Assembly (NCBI GenBank): GCA_965153455.1
Contig: OZ234493.1
Location: 3,968,001-4,032,000, forward strand
Direction: 5' to 3'
From: Sphagnum compactum
Lineage: Eukaryota
DNA length: 64,000 nucleotides
The notes under the pieces are model-generated. The model ran no database searches, was not told where the DNA came from, and was given only the letters and a program-made list of their open reading frames with translations. Shown here piece by piece: positions 12,425 through 24,778 of this stretch; the first letter of the stretch is position 1; the number at the start of each line of letters is the position of its first letter. Position numbers and translations under genes: made by a program.

Positions 12425-14369
12425 TAGATCTGTGATAACAGTGTGTTGATGCTAATTGTTTTAGCATGGAATTGAACAGCTTCAGGAAGATGAGACAGTG
12501 GATGAGACAGCAGAGTCTGCAACATCGCTCCTGCGATGCTCCACTTATGAGCTTTAGTCTCAAGACTCTTCCCGGAATCAGTGAGAAGAAACAGGGGCAT
12601 CTTAGGAGGTGAAAGTATTCCAGGTTTTCTAGTTCTGTGTTGCTCAAGGTTCTCTTTTTTGGTTAGTTCTGGGACCAAATATTGTGTACATGGTTCTGGC
12701 TGGCTGAACTCTGGTAGGACATCCCTTGCTTGCAGTAGAAAAGTGGGAAAACCTATTGCAAGTAGTAGTAGTTATAAGGATGTAGTATCTTAAGGGGCTT
12801 CTGGTGTGTAGCTGTAAGGATCTGTAGTAGTTGTGGCATGTTCTGTGACTTTTGTAATTCTTTCATCAATGTTTATATCGACATAAAAGCACATACGTGC
12901 TGAGTTTGCGGAAGAACTATTGCATGTGTTGATGGGAAATTATTATGATGGTATATGATGCACTTGAATGAATAAATCCTTTGAAGAATGATAGAATATC
13001 ATAGTTGAGTTTTTATGGGTGTTTGCTGTCTGCTAAGAGTGATGCTAGGTGGTGTGACTAACACCCAATTGAGGCTCCTTGACAAGCACAGAGACTGCAG
13101 CCCTATTAAAACAACACACATGACAGACAACAAAGTTCCATTGTGATGTCAGTTTTCTCTTGTTTCTTCGAGCTAGAAAAGGGATGATTAGCATGTGCAG
13201 CCTTTACCAATAATTCTAAGAAAGATTGATTGCTAACCCATGGACTAAGTACTGGATTGACAAGCTCTCTGAGGACGTCTGTGTCCTGGCAGGCCTCTAG
13301 AACAAATATGTAGTGTCAAAAACTTCTTGGAACAACAAACAATCAAAGGGATAATGAAAAGGGTGATATTTGGGAGTCAAAAAACGCACTCAAACCACAC
13401 TCAAAGCAGGAGGTAATAATGCTTGCAACAATAATGCAGCAATATGATGATGATCATCATCTTTTTCAGACAAGAATGACATTAAGACACTGTCATGATA
13501 CCCAATTGCTCTCCTTTTATGATCACAAAACCCTTTTGTATAGTTCAAAAGTTGAGTGACCAAAGCACACACAACAGTGTTTCAATCATTTTGCAATCCG
13601 GTTTTGACACTAACTAAAAGATTTGAGATCTTCCAGAGAATTTTGTTTAAGTGGAGAGAGAATTGGATCAGCTAGAAAAAGCTCAGGAGCAGCAATTACT
13701 TAGAGGAGGTTATGGATGGCAATCAGTTTGTTCATCACTGTTGCTGCTACTGCTACTTGAGTTTTGATTTTGTGATCTTTGTCATTATATCTTGGACTCT
13801 ACTTCATTCCCCCCTTCCCCGAAAAAAAAAGTTCTATCAATCAATCAAGCCAGAGGAGCCCTGGATGTGATTCTGCCACATTTTACCTTCCTCCCCTTCC
13901 CCAACTTCCCACCCAATTCCTTTCTTCCACACAAAAGTGTCAAACTGTTGCAATCATTTGCATGAATGGAACATTTTTAAAAAAAAAAGGTGCAAACCAA
14001 AATTGTTAAGAGATCTGGGTTTTCAGAGAAGAAGAAACTTGGGTTTTGCTTGTGATACATGCATGCCCAAAGGAGAGGGTTGAGAGATGCGATCTTTTGC
14101 TTCCTTCCTCCGTCCCCTCCCCCTCACCCCCCCCCCCCCTCCCAAATCCATCATCAATGTACCTACAATAATGAACCCATAACAAAGATTAAGAAGAAGG
14201 TTAATGATCTTAAAGAAACCAAAATTACTTTCTCTGCAAAGACCAAATCAGATGCAAAAAAGGAAAAAAAATGAGAGGAAAAAAGGAAGAAGAGTCTGCT
14301 GCAGAAGCAAATCAAATGCAAATAAAAATACTACTTTGTTTGCTGCAGAAGAGACAAAATCAGATTCAA

Positions 14370-14373
<4 letters not shown>

Positions 14374-14410
<37 letters not shown>
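14374..14410. repeat. (CT)n microsatellite
   Basis: Direct dinucleotide run. Confidence 0.9.
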
Positions 14411-14412
<2 letters not shown>

Positions 14413-14955
14413 CAAGACACACAAAATCAACACAAAAAAGATTATGACAAAAATAATAAAACTGCGCTGTTCTGAAAAACAAAGTAAAGTAGCCAAGTGG
14501 TGTGTTGAGGAGGGCAAAGGGGGTTTAGGGTTTACAAATAAACCTAGGGAAGGAAGGGACGTACGCGTCTTCTTCTTTCTTCCTTCCTCTTCTTCTATCA
14601 TTTTTTTAGGGCTTCTCTCATGTTCTCTCCCATCCTTGCTTCTCCTTTCCGCCCCCTTCGGTCGAAAACCCATTTCGGAGTTCCAGCTAGTTTGTTTGTT
14701 TCTTTTTCTGTGCTCCTGTTTCTTCTTCCCTTTGCAATGAAGTTTATTCGTTTTCAATCCGGAGCAGAAACAGGAGTTGGTTATGGAGCGGTGATCTTGC
14801 TTCTCTAGCAGCAGTAGCAGTAGCAGCAACAGCAGAAGACTTACCCTTCTTGATCACTGAGCTTCTTCTTCTTCTTCTTATTCTTCTTCTGCTTGTCATA
14901 CAGGTTTTGAAGAGGTTGGGTTTGTGGGTTGGGTTGGTTTGTTTGTTTTGCAACT

Positions 14956-16048
14956 ATGTCAGCGGTGTGGTGGGATATGGAGAGCGTTCCGCCTCCAACA
15001 CACAGTCTGTTGGAGCATACGCTTGCTTTCCACAGGGCAGGGAATTTGGGCTTCTTTGGTGTGCAAGCTCCTGTGATTGTGCATGCTTACGGTCCCGTGC
15101 AGGCGTTGTCTGAGGTTGTGTACGATGCTGTCACCACATCAGGCATCTCCCTGCTACATAGCCGCGCTTCAGCAAGTAAGTCAAAGCACTAGCCTGATGC
15201 TTCTTAGATCTTCGCTTGGTTTTTTTTGGTTTTCCTTTTACCCTATGGCTGCTGCTACTGCTCCTGCTACTGCTGCTGGTAAGGATCCTGCCTCCACTTT
15301 GTCCATTTCCAGCGCTTCTTTCTCACATACAATTCCTCATGAGCAGACCCATGAGTCCTCCAGCTGCTGCTGCTATGGATCCTGTCTCCACTTTGTTGCT
15401 TTCCCAACACTTTCTTTCTCACATACAATTCCTCATGAGCAGACTCTTGAATCCCCCAGCTGCTGCTGCTATGGATCCTGCCTTCACTTTGTTGATTTCC
15501 CATGCTTTCTTTCTGACATTCAACTCTTCACGAGCAGACACATGAATCCCCAAGCCCCTCTATGACTCCTCCTCATTTCAGTTGAATTTCTGGAGTTCGG
15601 TATCAATGGATTGCTTTATTGTAATTGCCAGATTTCCTGATTTCTGTGAACCAGATCATGCTTGTGTCTTTGCAGGGTTTGCATTGTCATGTTACTTCAA
15701 AATGTTGGTGGGAAGATTTGTCTACAATTTTTGAAGATATTATTTATTGTTTTGGTGCACATACACAATATTTTTTGGGGTGTTGCCCTTTCTTCAATTG
15801 TACCCACAGATTCTTATCTTCCTGTTGTTGCTGCTACTGCTGCTCTGTATTCAGAGCTGACTTGCAAGGTTTTAAAATGTGGATGGGTCAAATTTGGATG
15901 TGATTTCTCTCATCATGTTACCTTCAAAGTTGTGGTTGTGGAGATTCCTCTGCAATTTCATAGATATGATTTGCTCATCTAGCAACTCAAAACAAATGCT
16001 TACATTTCTGTGAAGTAATTTGAGTAAATGTTATGGTTTTCTTCTTCT

Positions 16049-16092
<44 letters not shown>

Positions 16093-16946
16093 CTTACAAA
16101 AATATGTATTTGTTTGTGTTGCTGGCAGGGTATGAGAATGACAATAACATGAAGGGAATGATGGTGGACATACTGATATGGGCCTTAGATCATCCACCAC
16201 CTGCAAACATTTATCTGATATCAGGCTTACAGAATGATAGCTTCAAAGACGTGCTACATCAGCTACACATAAGGAGGTACAATATCTGGGGGGCTGAAAT
16301 TTTTCCAGCAAATGTATTCATGCCATTATTTTCAACTCAGTCAATCAAGTTAAATGGAGAATCGACAAACCCTAAGTGTCCACCAACATGGCTCCCACCC
16401 AGTCCCCGGCCCCCAACAACCACGCAGACCTCCAGCAAACGTGTGAATCAAAAGAATACAACTGGGCGAGGTCGAGCACGGGTGCCTATAAGCACTACTC
16501 CTCCAGGAGTGTCTGTTGCAACTGAGGGAGAAGTAAAAGCTTGGCTTGAAGAATTTGCCATGAGCGAAAGAGGATACATGGGCATGAGTCTGGGTTCAGT
16601 TGGGAAGGAATTCCAGAATCAACGGCATAAGAAGCTAGATCACAAAGCTCTGGGATTTGTTACCCTCAAGCACCTACTCATATCTTTTCCATTTTCAGCT
16701 GTGGTACGCATTGAACATCCAAGGACTGGAGTTTATATCATGCTTGCAGCAGCAAATGGTGATGCAGCCAAAAGGAAAAAACCGAAAGTGGGTACTCAAC
16801 TAGAGACACTTACTGAAAATGAGTTGAAACATGTGCAATCAAGAACTGCTACTGCCACCCCAATCTTTTCAGATTGGCCCTCATCCAGTAAGAGCACTTC
16901 ATTTGATGCTGAAGGCAGGAAGACCCTTCAACACGGGCTGCATTAA
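14956..16946 (+). CDS. NYN (PIN-like) domain plus LOTUS/OST-HTH domain protein, MARF1/limkain-b1-like, with a degenerate catalytic site
   Basis: Exon 1 14956-15175 (MSAVWWDMESVPPP...SGISLLH), GT at 15176, AG at 16127-16128, phase-compatible exon 2 16129-16946. Exon 2 has MMVDILIWALDHPPPANIYLISG...LHQLHIRRYNI (plant NYN) and GMSLGSVGKEFQNQRHKKLDHKALGFVTLKHLL (LOTUS). Confidence 0.88.
15283..15555 (+). repeat. 96-bp tandem repeat (~3 copies) in the NYN gene intron
   Basis: tctcacatacaattcctcatgagcagac at 15321 and 15417, a diverged third copy at ~15511 and a partial copy at 15283. Confidence 0.85.
16029..16087. repeat. (GA)n microsatellite in intron
   Basis: Direct dinucleotide run. Confidence 0.9.
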
Positions 16947-17059
16947 TGAAGTCTCAGTTCACTTTGTCATCTTCCAAAGAGTTGAGAGTTCAGATTTAGC
17001 CTTCTTCCAGTATGAGCTGAAGACAGAGAGAGAACCTTCCAATGCAGGTGCCATTGACA

Positions 17060-17300
17060 AAGTCTGGGTGTTTCTCCCATTTTTCAAGAGGATTGAGACA
17101 GATTGCAGCAACCAGTTTGCTGCAAAGAGGGGTTGTAGGAAGATGGAGGTGAATTTGCTAATTTAAGATGAACTGTCTAGTCTCATTTTGGATTATGCTC
17201 TTGGACCATAAAAGCTGCTGGGTACAATGAGCTCCAGGAGCTTTCTGAAGGGCATTTCGATATCTCATGCACACTGAGGAGCCACCAGAGTATCAAGCCA
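17060..17300 (+). pseudogene. Frameshifted remnant of a second LOTUS domain
   Basis: Across frameshifts it reads GVSPIFQE..NQFAAKRG...VNL..*DEL...LDHK/AAGYNELQEL/LKGI/LMHTEEP. This parallels the intact GVSVATEGE..EEFAMSERG..MSL..KEF..LDHKALGFVTLKHLLISF..VVRIEHP. Confidence 0.55.
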
Positions 17301-19876
17301 CATTGGCAAATCATATCTCAGGTACATGAAGTTTATCCACAACTGTTGTCGAGCGTGACAATTTTGATGTGAGTCATCTTTATGCCACTTTTGTACATGT
17401 GCTTCTGTGCTGTGACTCAGTATGGTTTTAACACTCACTAGTACATGAAGGCATGTCCTTCAATTGATACACTGGTGCATCACGCTGCGTGAAAGACATC
17501 TGCAAAACAACCCACTATGCGGTTCTCTTGATGAGTGGATCCCTTGTTAAAACATGTGGATACCAAAACCAGTTTGATGGATTGAACCGATTGAACCTGC
17601 ACATGTGCCATGTGGTAAGTTCGTGTGGTCCTTGATTTGCAAGTTGAATGAAGATGCTTGTCGCTCAGGGTAGCACTACTATCAGTGGTTTCAACCTGCT
17701 TGCTGACAATGTGAAACTCATGTCTGGATTACTTTTGTAAAACTAATTGAATAAGAAAATGGAAAATGAGCAAAGCTAATAAGAGAAACTAACTCATGGA
17801 AATTTAGACTGATCTCGTGGGTCATGTCTCAGAGGAACACAAGCTTCAACCACTGCAGTGTGCTCCTTACTGGAAGTGCTTGTTGATGATGTAAATTTTG
17901 TAACTTGCAATGTGAAACTCCCTGGAAACTTCACTTTAAAGGAAACAAGGATTAGCAAGTTGGAGTGAAGGGTCTGGGTGTTACAGCCCATCCTTTGCAT
18001 GCATTGCAACAAGGGTGTGACAAACCTTGCCCCTTCTTTTGATTGCATAAGTTGCTTTCTCTAGCTCTGACCCTAGCAACGTACTCCTCATCCTTGACCA
18101 CTCCTGTTGCAATCTCTACTCACTTGTCTTCAGTGTGGATGTGTTTCCATACTGGAGAGTAGGCCAGCTTCCAAGTAGTGGTCTTGTGGACCGGTGAAAG
18201 GCTAGCTGCCAGACCTACCTTAAAACTGAGGTAAATGAGAGATTTTGTGGAAAGTTAGAGCGGATTCTCATTTGTTGTTCTTGGGGTTCTTGAGTGAATG
18301 GTTAACAAGTTGAGATCTCTCAGGCTTCTGCATCATTAGCATATGTCCGGCTTATAGTATCATTAATGTAGCTGAACATGAGCTGTTAATGACCACCATG
18401 ACAAGGTTTGCCACAAGGAACCCTTGCGACAAAAGTGACCCATTGCTGCCTAATTGCAATTTTTTCTGCAGCTTAGAACTTTAAAGCACCCTGCATGCTC
18501 TCCTTGAAGGGATCAGGTTGATTGTGCAGTGGAGAACAACAAAGAAATGGGAGCTAGTCAGCTTCATACTCTGGATAGATTCTTAATCTTTCTTGCAGAT
18601 TGCAGACCTAAAGATTTGAGTTCCTGGTAATGTGGCTTAGCACTTTGCAGGTAGGTTCTCAATTAGTTCACTAAGTAGTAGAACTTCAAAGAGGTAATGT
18701 GCCCTGGCTAACCGCCTCTCCCCCACAAACTCTAGAATTTGGTTGTGTACTCTGCTCAGCTGCATTGGCACGCTGTTGCTGTAGTAGGTATTAACAATTG
18801 CATGAAAATTGTCTGGACATAAGCTTGCTGGTGGTCAGCTGACTATTGTCCTGAGTTCGCTGACAATCCAACTGGTGTTCTGAGTTGCCAATTAGAGAGA
18901 CCTGTGTCTTACAGAGCATCAATGGTTGGGTTATCATTCATGGAGTTGATTTTCCTCTGGATGGAATGTTTGCTGTTCTGTACACTACACAAGTGGGGAA
19001 TGTGAAAAGGTGGCAGAGACCTGCATTTGCTATCACACAGCCACCAATTCACCTCCAGCCTTAATGGAAGAGCTGATCTCAAGAATGCACTCCATTTTTG
19101 CTGCTACCTCCATCTGACCTGGGTGATAATCAATCTTGTGCATTAGAGAGGTGGATCAGTATAATCGGATTTCCTTGCATCACATAAGAAAAGAGGGTTG
19201 ATGGAACTTAGGCTACAAGTATGAAACTACTTGCAAGGAATGCAAAGCTTTTGGCAATGCGAACCATATTTCCATTGATCAGCACAACACTTGGTATGCC
19301 ACTCAGAACAGTGTTTAACCTGCCTGCCATCCATTGATGCACTATTTCCCTGGTCAGTGCACGCTAGCACTGCTGCTCTACTGGTGCTTCTTCAGGGTGT
19401 GTTTCCCATTACCTGCCCTTTCAGAGAAACTTCTCAAAGAATGATCGCCACCTCCAAACGATGCATGACAATTCACTAGAATGGAAAAGAAAGGAAGACT
19501 GTAAAATCTCAAATGAAGGGAGTCATGTTCTTAAAATGCCTGCTGCATGAACTGTAATAGAAAAGCTGAGGGCGTAGGAGCCCAATTATATTAAACAGAC
19601 AGTGTAGAAACAGGAGTAAAAGCCATCTATGCCTACTATCCTCCTACTGCCAACAACCAACCCTTGTCTTGCATTATTTTGTACCTCAGAACTACAATAC
19701 TAATGACAGTGTAGCATGACAAAAGTCTGGTAAGAGAGTACACATGTCCACTACTAGCAACTAGACAATCAACTGTAGATTGCAACATACAAAACATGCA
19801 CTACACAATATATTAGAGCTCTTGGAGTTGCTCTTCTGGAAAACATAGATGTGAGAGCCCTCCAATAGCTTTGGTC

Positions 19877-22800
19877 TCATACATCATATAGCATTCCTAC
19901 CTCAAGGTAATTTGCAGGTGGAATCTGTAGTTCCTTGATTGCTGACCTGCATATCAACCTGAGCACAGCATAAATTTTGTTGATAGCAATGCGCCCAAGC
20001 CAGCCAGTGCTGCTACTAGTGCGCACTGTGATCTTCCCCACAACATGAACAGCATCATGGCCTGTAGCACTCTGCAGTTCCACCAAGTCCTCTGGATCAT
20101 ACATGTCCACAGGATTCTCAATTGATTGATATTGAAGATCAGAAGAAGTCCCCTTAGAAATCTGAACAGTTGAGAGCTCCATGTGGTCTTCAGACTGAAG
20201 GTAGGATTGGAGACTTTGAATTGCTTGATTCTTGAACTTGTCACCTTCACAGTCAATGACATCCAGGTAACCATATCGGGCAACACAGCGGTAGACTCCT
20301 TTGAACCCCATCTGTCCAACTAGAAATCGTTCTTCAGGTGACACTGTCTTTACAGGGATGAACCTGAATGTGGTGAAGATCAGGACTTGGTGAAGTGTCC
20401 GTACATTCTTGACATAATGGCTGATTATTGGAGGAACTCCATCAACTAGATCAGTATAGAAGAAGCAGATCCCAGGCACACGTTGCATTCCTGCACTTGA
20501 AAGAAGTGCTCCCAGGTTGTCCAGGCTGATCATGTGGTTCATTTCATATTTGCACTTCTTTTGCCTGCCATAGCTCCAGGTGAGACTGATGAAGAGAAAG
20601 AAAGCTGCAAATCCAAAGGGTACCCAACCCCCCTGTGGGAGCTTGTTCAAGACAGCAGTGAAGTACACTCCCTCAATGGATCCAAAGATTGTTAGGAAGA
20701 GCAACACCAGAGGCCATGGAAGATTCCATATCACAAGCATCACCAGGGTCATCAACAGTGTAGAAATAAACATCACTCCCAACACAGCCACACCTGGCCA
20801 CATCCAGAGCAGTTCAGGTCGAACAGGGTACAGTTCAGTTCAGTACACACGGGTGTAAAACCTTCACAATATGACTGAAAAAAAAGTGGTACTAAAGGGC
20901 CAAGAAAGATTTGGTAAATCTTACCAAAAGCGTTCCCGACCTGTGTTGCATTGCGGAATCCAAGGACCACTGCCACACAGAGAACCATGAGCACATAATT
21001 GACTTCTGGTGAATAAACCTGACCTTCCTGATCAGGCGAAGTGTGCACCATCTTGACACGGGGGAAACACCCCAATGCTATAGTTTGCTTCATAATTGAG
21101 AATGTTGCTGTGATGAGAGACTGGCTAGCCACAATTGCAGCAAGTGTGGCCAAAATAAACAATGGCCAGTATACTGCTTGTGGGATTGACTTGAAGAAAG
21201 CGTTCCGATGATCCATGGGGTGGCTGATGAGGTACGCAGTCTGACCGGCATATGTGAAGAGACATGATGGGTACAAAACAGCTGCGAATCCAATCTGGCC
21301 ACAGGAAGACAGAGAATTCATGTTGTGTCATGGAAGTGAAGTCTGAACTCAAGAAGTTTTCTTGGGATCAACTACTGCATAGAAATGTGAATACTGATAG
21401 ATCAAGGATGCAAGGAGAGACTGCAAGACACTTCGTTGAAACAATGTGTGGAGCAAGTACCCCATAGATAAACAACAAACATACCCATCAATGAACATCC
21501 TTGAGGAACAATCCAGCATGAAGTCTAACTCCTTCAAATCCCTCACCTGGATTGCTCTTTTGTTAAAATGACCTAGGTCTGCAAACATTGCTTCCGCTCC
21601 TGTAAACACAAAAAAATTGGAACAGTTGTAATTGATTTGTATGATGCAGCTGTGTCAACTTGCTTCAAGCAAAAGGCAAGATACAAGGAAAGAGGGGACA
21701 TACCTGTAATACAAAGCACCACTCCACCTAGTGCGACCCAGCCCTGCTTCTGGTTTCGAACAAAATAGTCAACAATGTAGTGTGGTGACACAGCTTTGAA
21801 CACAGTGGGATAGTGAACCACTATATTGTAGATTCCCACAATGGGAGTTGCCACAAACCAGGCCAACATGATTGGAGAGAAAAGGAAACTGACACGATGT
21901 GTTCCAAATCGTTGCATCATGAACACTAGTACTAAGATGACTGCTGATACCCAGGTCACAACAGCTGCCACCCCAGATTATATCCTTTTGGTTAGAACAG
22001 CCCTCCATCGAAGTGTTAGTTTGATTTACCAAACAAGAAGTCTAAATATTGGCATGCATTTATTGCAATATGAAACATGTCCTATCATCCATTCAATAAA
22101 GCACAATGTGTCACCATGGGCTTAGGAAACTTACATCCAGAGATTGAGTTAGCCTCACTTTGAATACCTGCCATGGCTGATAAGACTGCAGCACCGGAAC
22201 AATTTCAGTTCAGATGTTATTCAAGCACCGACATTCATCCACATCACAGTTGCCCTCAAAACTATTACAGTGAGAGACATCTCCACTGCTAACCAGAAAT
22301 TCCTTACTTCATGAGGTGCTAAAAGGATCAGAGGCCCTGGGATTCAATTTTGTCAGATAGCAACATAAGGAATTTAGCTTACTGTCAACACAGCAGCTAA
22401 GAGGTAATCCCATCCAGTGAGGAACTTCCTGCTGCATCATGTTGAGCCATAATAGTGGGCAAGAGTGGTCCAACAAGTTAAGCTATACGATTAGGATTTT
22501 GGCAAAGTGATCTCAGAAGGCCAAAACAATATTTGAGACTGAGGTACTATATTCTTACCAGAGATGGCAGGAGTAAGGATGCCATCACCAATGACCAGGC
22601 AGGTGCCCAGCATAACTACAACAAACAAGGTAACTTGAGCTCCCTTGAAATTTTCAAGCAGGGCAAGAGTTTTTTTGTGAACAGGACCACTTGACTGTGA
22701 GATTTGCTCTTTTAATTTGACACTATCAGATAGTGCCTCGGACTTCTGGCCCAAATTAGCATGCTGGCGGAGCAGAGAATACAATGCAAATGTACCACCT

Positions 22801-23932
22801 GCTCAACCACACAATCAACAATTTGGAAGCCTTCTCCAACAACCTTGTGGCTTTTGGTACATTAAGTTTGCATTCTAGAGGCACAACAAGGTACCATATT
22901 AAAAAAAAGTTGTTCAACAGCTTAGGAGGCTGATAGTACAGCGTCCCAAACTTGTGTGTCACTGAGTCTGCACAGAGAATCGCTGTTGAGTTTATTCATA
23001 AAGAGCAAATGACTTTAAAGATGCAACTTACACAATTCTCTGCCTTGACAGTGGACACTATTAACATCAGAGAGGAAATATAAAAGACATCTCAAGCAGA
23101 CCAACATGATGAAGATTGTACAAACCTTCGCCATGATCATCAGCCTGAATAACAATAAATACATATTTCACCAAGGCGATCAATGTAAATGTCCAGAAAA
23201 TAAGGCTCATTACTCCCAAAAAGTCCTCCTCCTTAGGGTTTGACAGGTTGATACTAGGCCAAACATACAGTGGGGATGTACCCAGTCCTCCAAACACAAT
23301 ACCCAGTGTCTGATATGCCAGGAATAGAGTTCCCCATGTGGTGCATTTCTGCATCCCCCTCACCCAATAAACAGCATCACTTGGTAGGTCAGCAATTCTT
23401 CAAGTCTCTGTCAGCAATTCCACCAATTTTCTCCCCAGGCTTCAAGTTGCTGAACAGACGGATCGTTCACTTTCCCATCTCACTCTTTAAGGCTCCTCAT
23501 GCTTGATTTGCAACTCATCAAAATTCCAGCAGATGGTCAATTGGTTTGAATGTGTCGAACAGAACACAATCACTGCTCTACTAACGTACGCATAATTACT
23601 GCACTGAAGCCACTGAGAAGACAAAAGAACAATACCTGTCTATCTGCATGAAGTGGCACCATTTGTGTTGAAAACTGCATGTCTGATACTTTTCTTCGAA
23701 GCTGGCAGTGTTTGTGATGCACCTCTACTTTCCCATTTGCTGCTTCTTTCACATTCAGCCTCTCCGGGCCTCCAAACCCATTAGTATTCATCACACCATT
23801 GCCGACTGGATGGTCCATGCTATCACCATATTCCTTATCAATCTGGTGCTCAAAATTCAGATCATCACAGCTGTTCTGGTCATGTTCATGCAGTGTGCCA
23901 ACTTCAAGATCCTTCCCATTGGTGGTTGCCAT
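19877..23932 (-). CDS. HAK: KUP/HAK/KT cation transporter, HAK17-like (cluster IV), 8 coding exons
   Basis: Exons 23932-23636, 23348-23126, 22798-22559, 22185-22135, 21964-21704, 21599-21547, 21294-20925 and 20793-19877, all GT-AG. Motifs [89 protein letters not shown] and C-terminal LEVGMLYDV. Confidence 0.96.
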
Positions 23933-24679
23933 AGCTCTTTTGCTTTATATATCAGACAATTTCAGCACACAGATATCAAGCTAGTCCAGACAAATGTAAC
24001 ATGACAGTTGAAAGGAAAAGCTTGCAACCACGAATAAGAGCTCTCCAGGGACAAGATATTTTGTATTAAGTCCCCACACCGACTCAGGCAAGACGCTCTT
24101 TGAAGAATTTTTGTCCTGCTCGCATCAGGAGCTAAGATAGATGTTTAAGAAGATCCCCTGAGGATTCTTCTCTCACTAACATGGCTTCAGAAAGCACTTG
24201 GCACAACTGTATTGATGTTCAAGGGCAACAATATCTGTGGCTGCCCATGATCATTATGGTAAATAGATGAAAGAAGCTGAGGTCCCCATCAGTGAAAGGA
24301 TTTCAGCTCCCTGACCTCAACCCATTGCAATCCTGTCTTCCGAAAGGATTAGCAGCAGAGGAAGAAGCAGAAGAAGAGTCAGCAGGCATCGGCCGGGGGA
24401 GAACACAACTACTGATTCTAAAATGCGAGCCTGGGCCTACCATCCGCCTCCGTCCGCTGCTGCCGAGGCATGCTTGCTTCGCTGTTGAGAAGATCCCAGC
24501 TTCCTGGAGAGAATGAGAATCGGAATTGGCCGGTGTGCAAAGCACCAGTCAGTCTGAAACTTGGTGGCGCTGATCCCAGGCATTTCTTGCGTTGCACAAC
24601 GTGTACGAGATCTGTTCGCCGTCGTGCCTTGATGGTGATGAACCACTCGCTGGCTGGCTTTTTCTTCAGCGATGCACAA

Positions 24680-24778
24680 AACCAAGACGAAGACAGTTCT
24701 ATCTTCTTCTCTCCCTTCCTTATGATGGAAACCAAGACGAAGACGTTCTCTCTTCTTCTCTCCCTTTCTTATGATGGT
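24680..24778 (+). repeat. 50-bp tandem duplication upstream of the HAK start codon
   Basis: aaccaagacgaagac..ttct.tcttcttctctccctt.cttatgatgg occurs twice. Confidence 0.85.

Noticed and set aside
13679-13699. aagctcaggag matches miR390 nt 1-11 (possible TAS3-type site or MIR390)
   Set aside because: The 3' half does not match, and I saw no second site or hairpin.
13792-13812. miR166-like ttggactctacttcattcccc
   Set aside because: Five mismatches clustered in the 5' half; no star arm.
14204-14829. 178-aa and 193-aa ORFs on opposite strands
   Set aside because: Low-complexity promoter/UTR sequence running through microsatellites; no protein-like content.
15077-15565. ORFs with 32-aa repeats
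   Set aside because: They come from the 96-bp tandem repeat inside the NYN intron.
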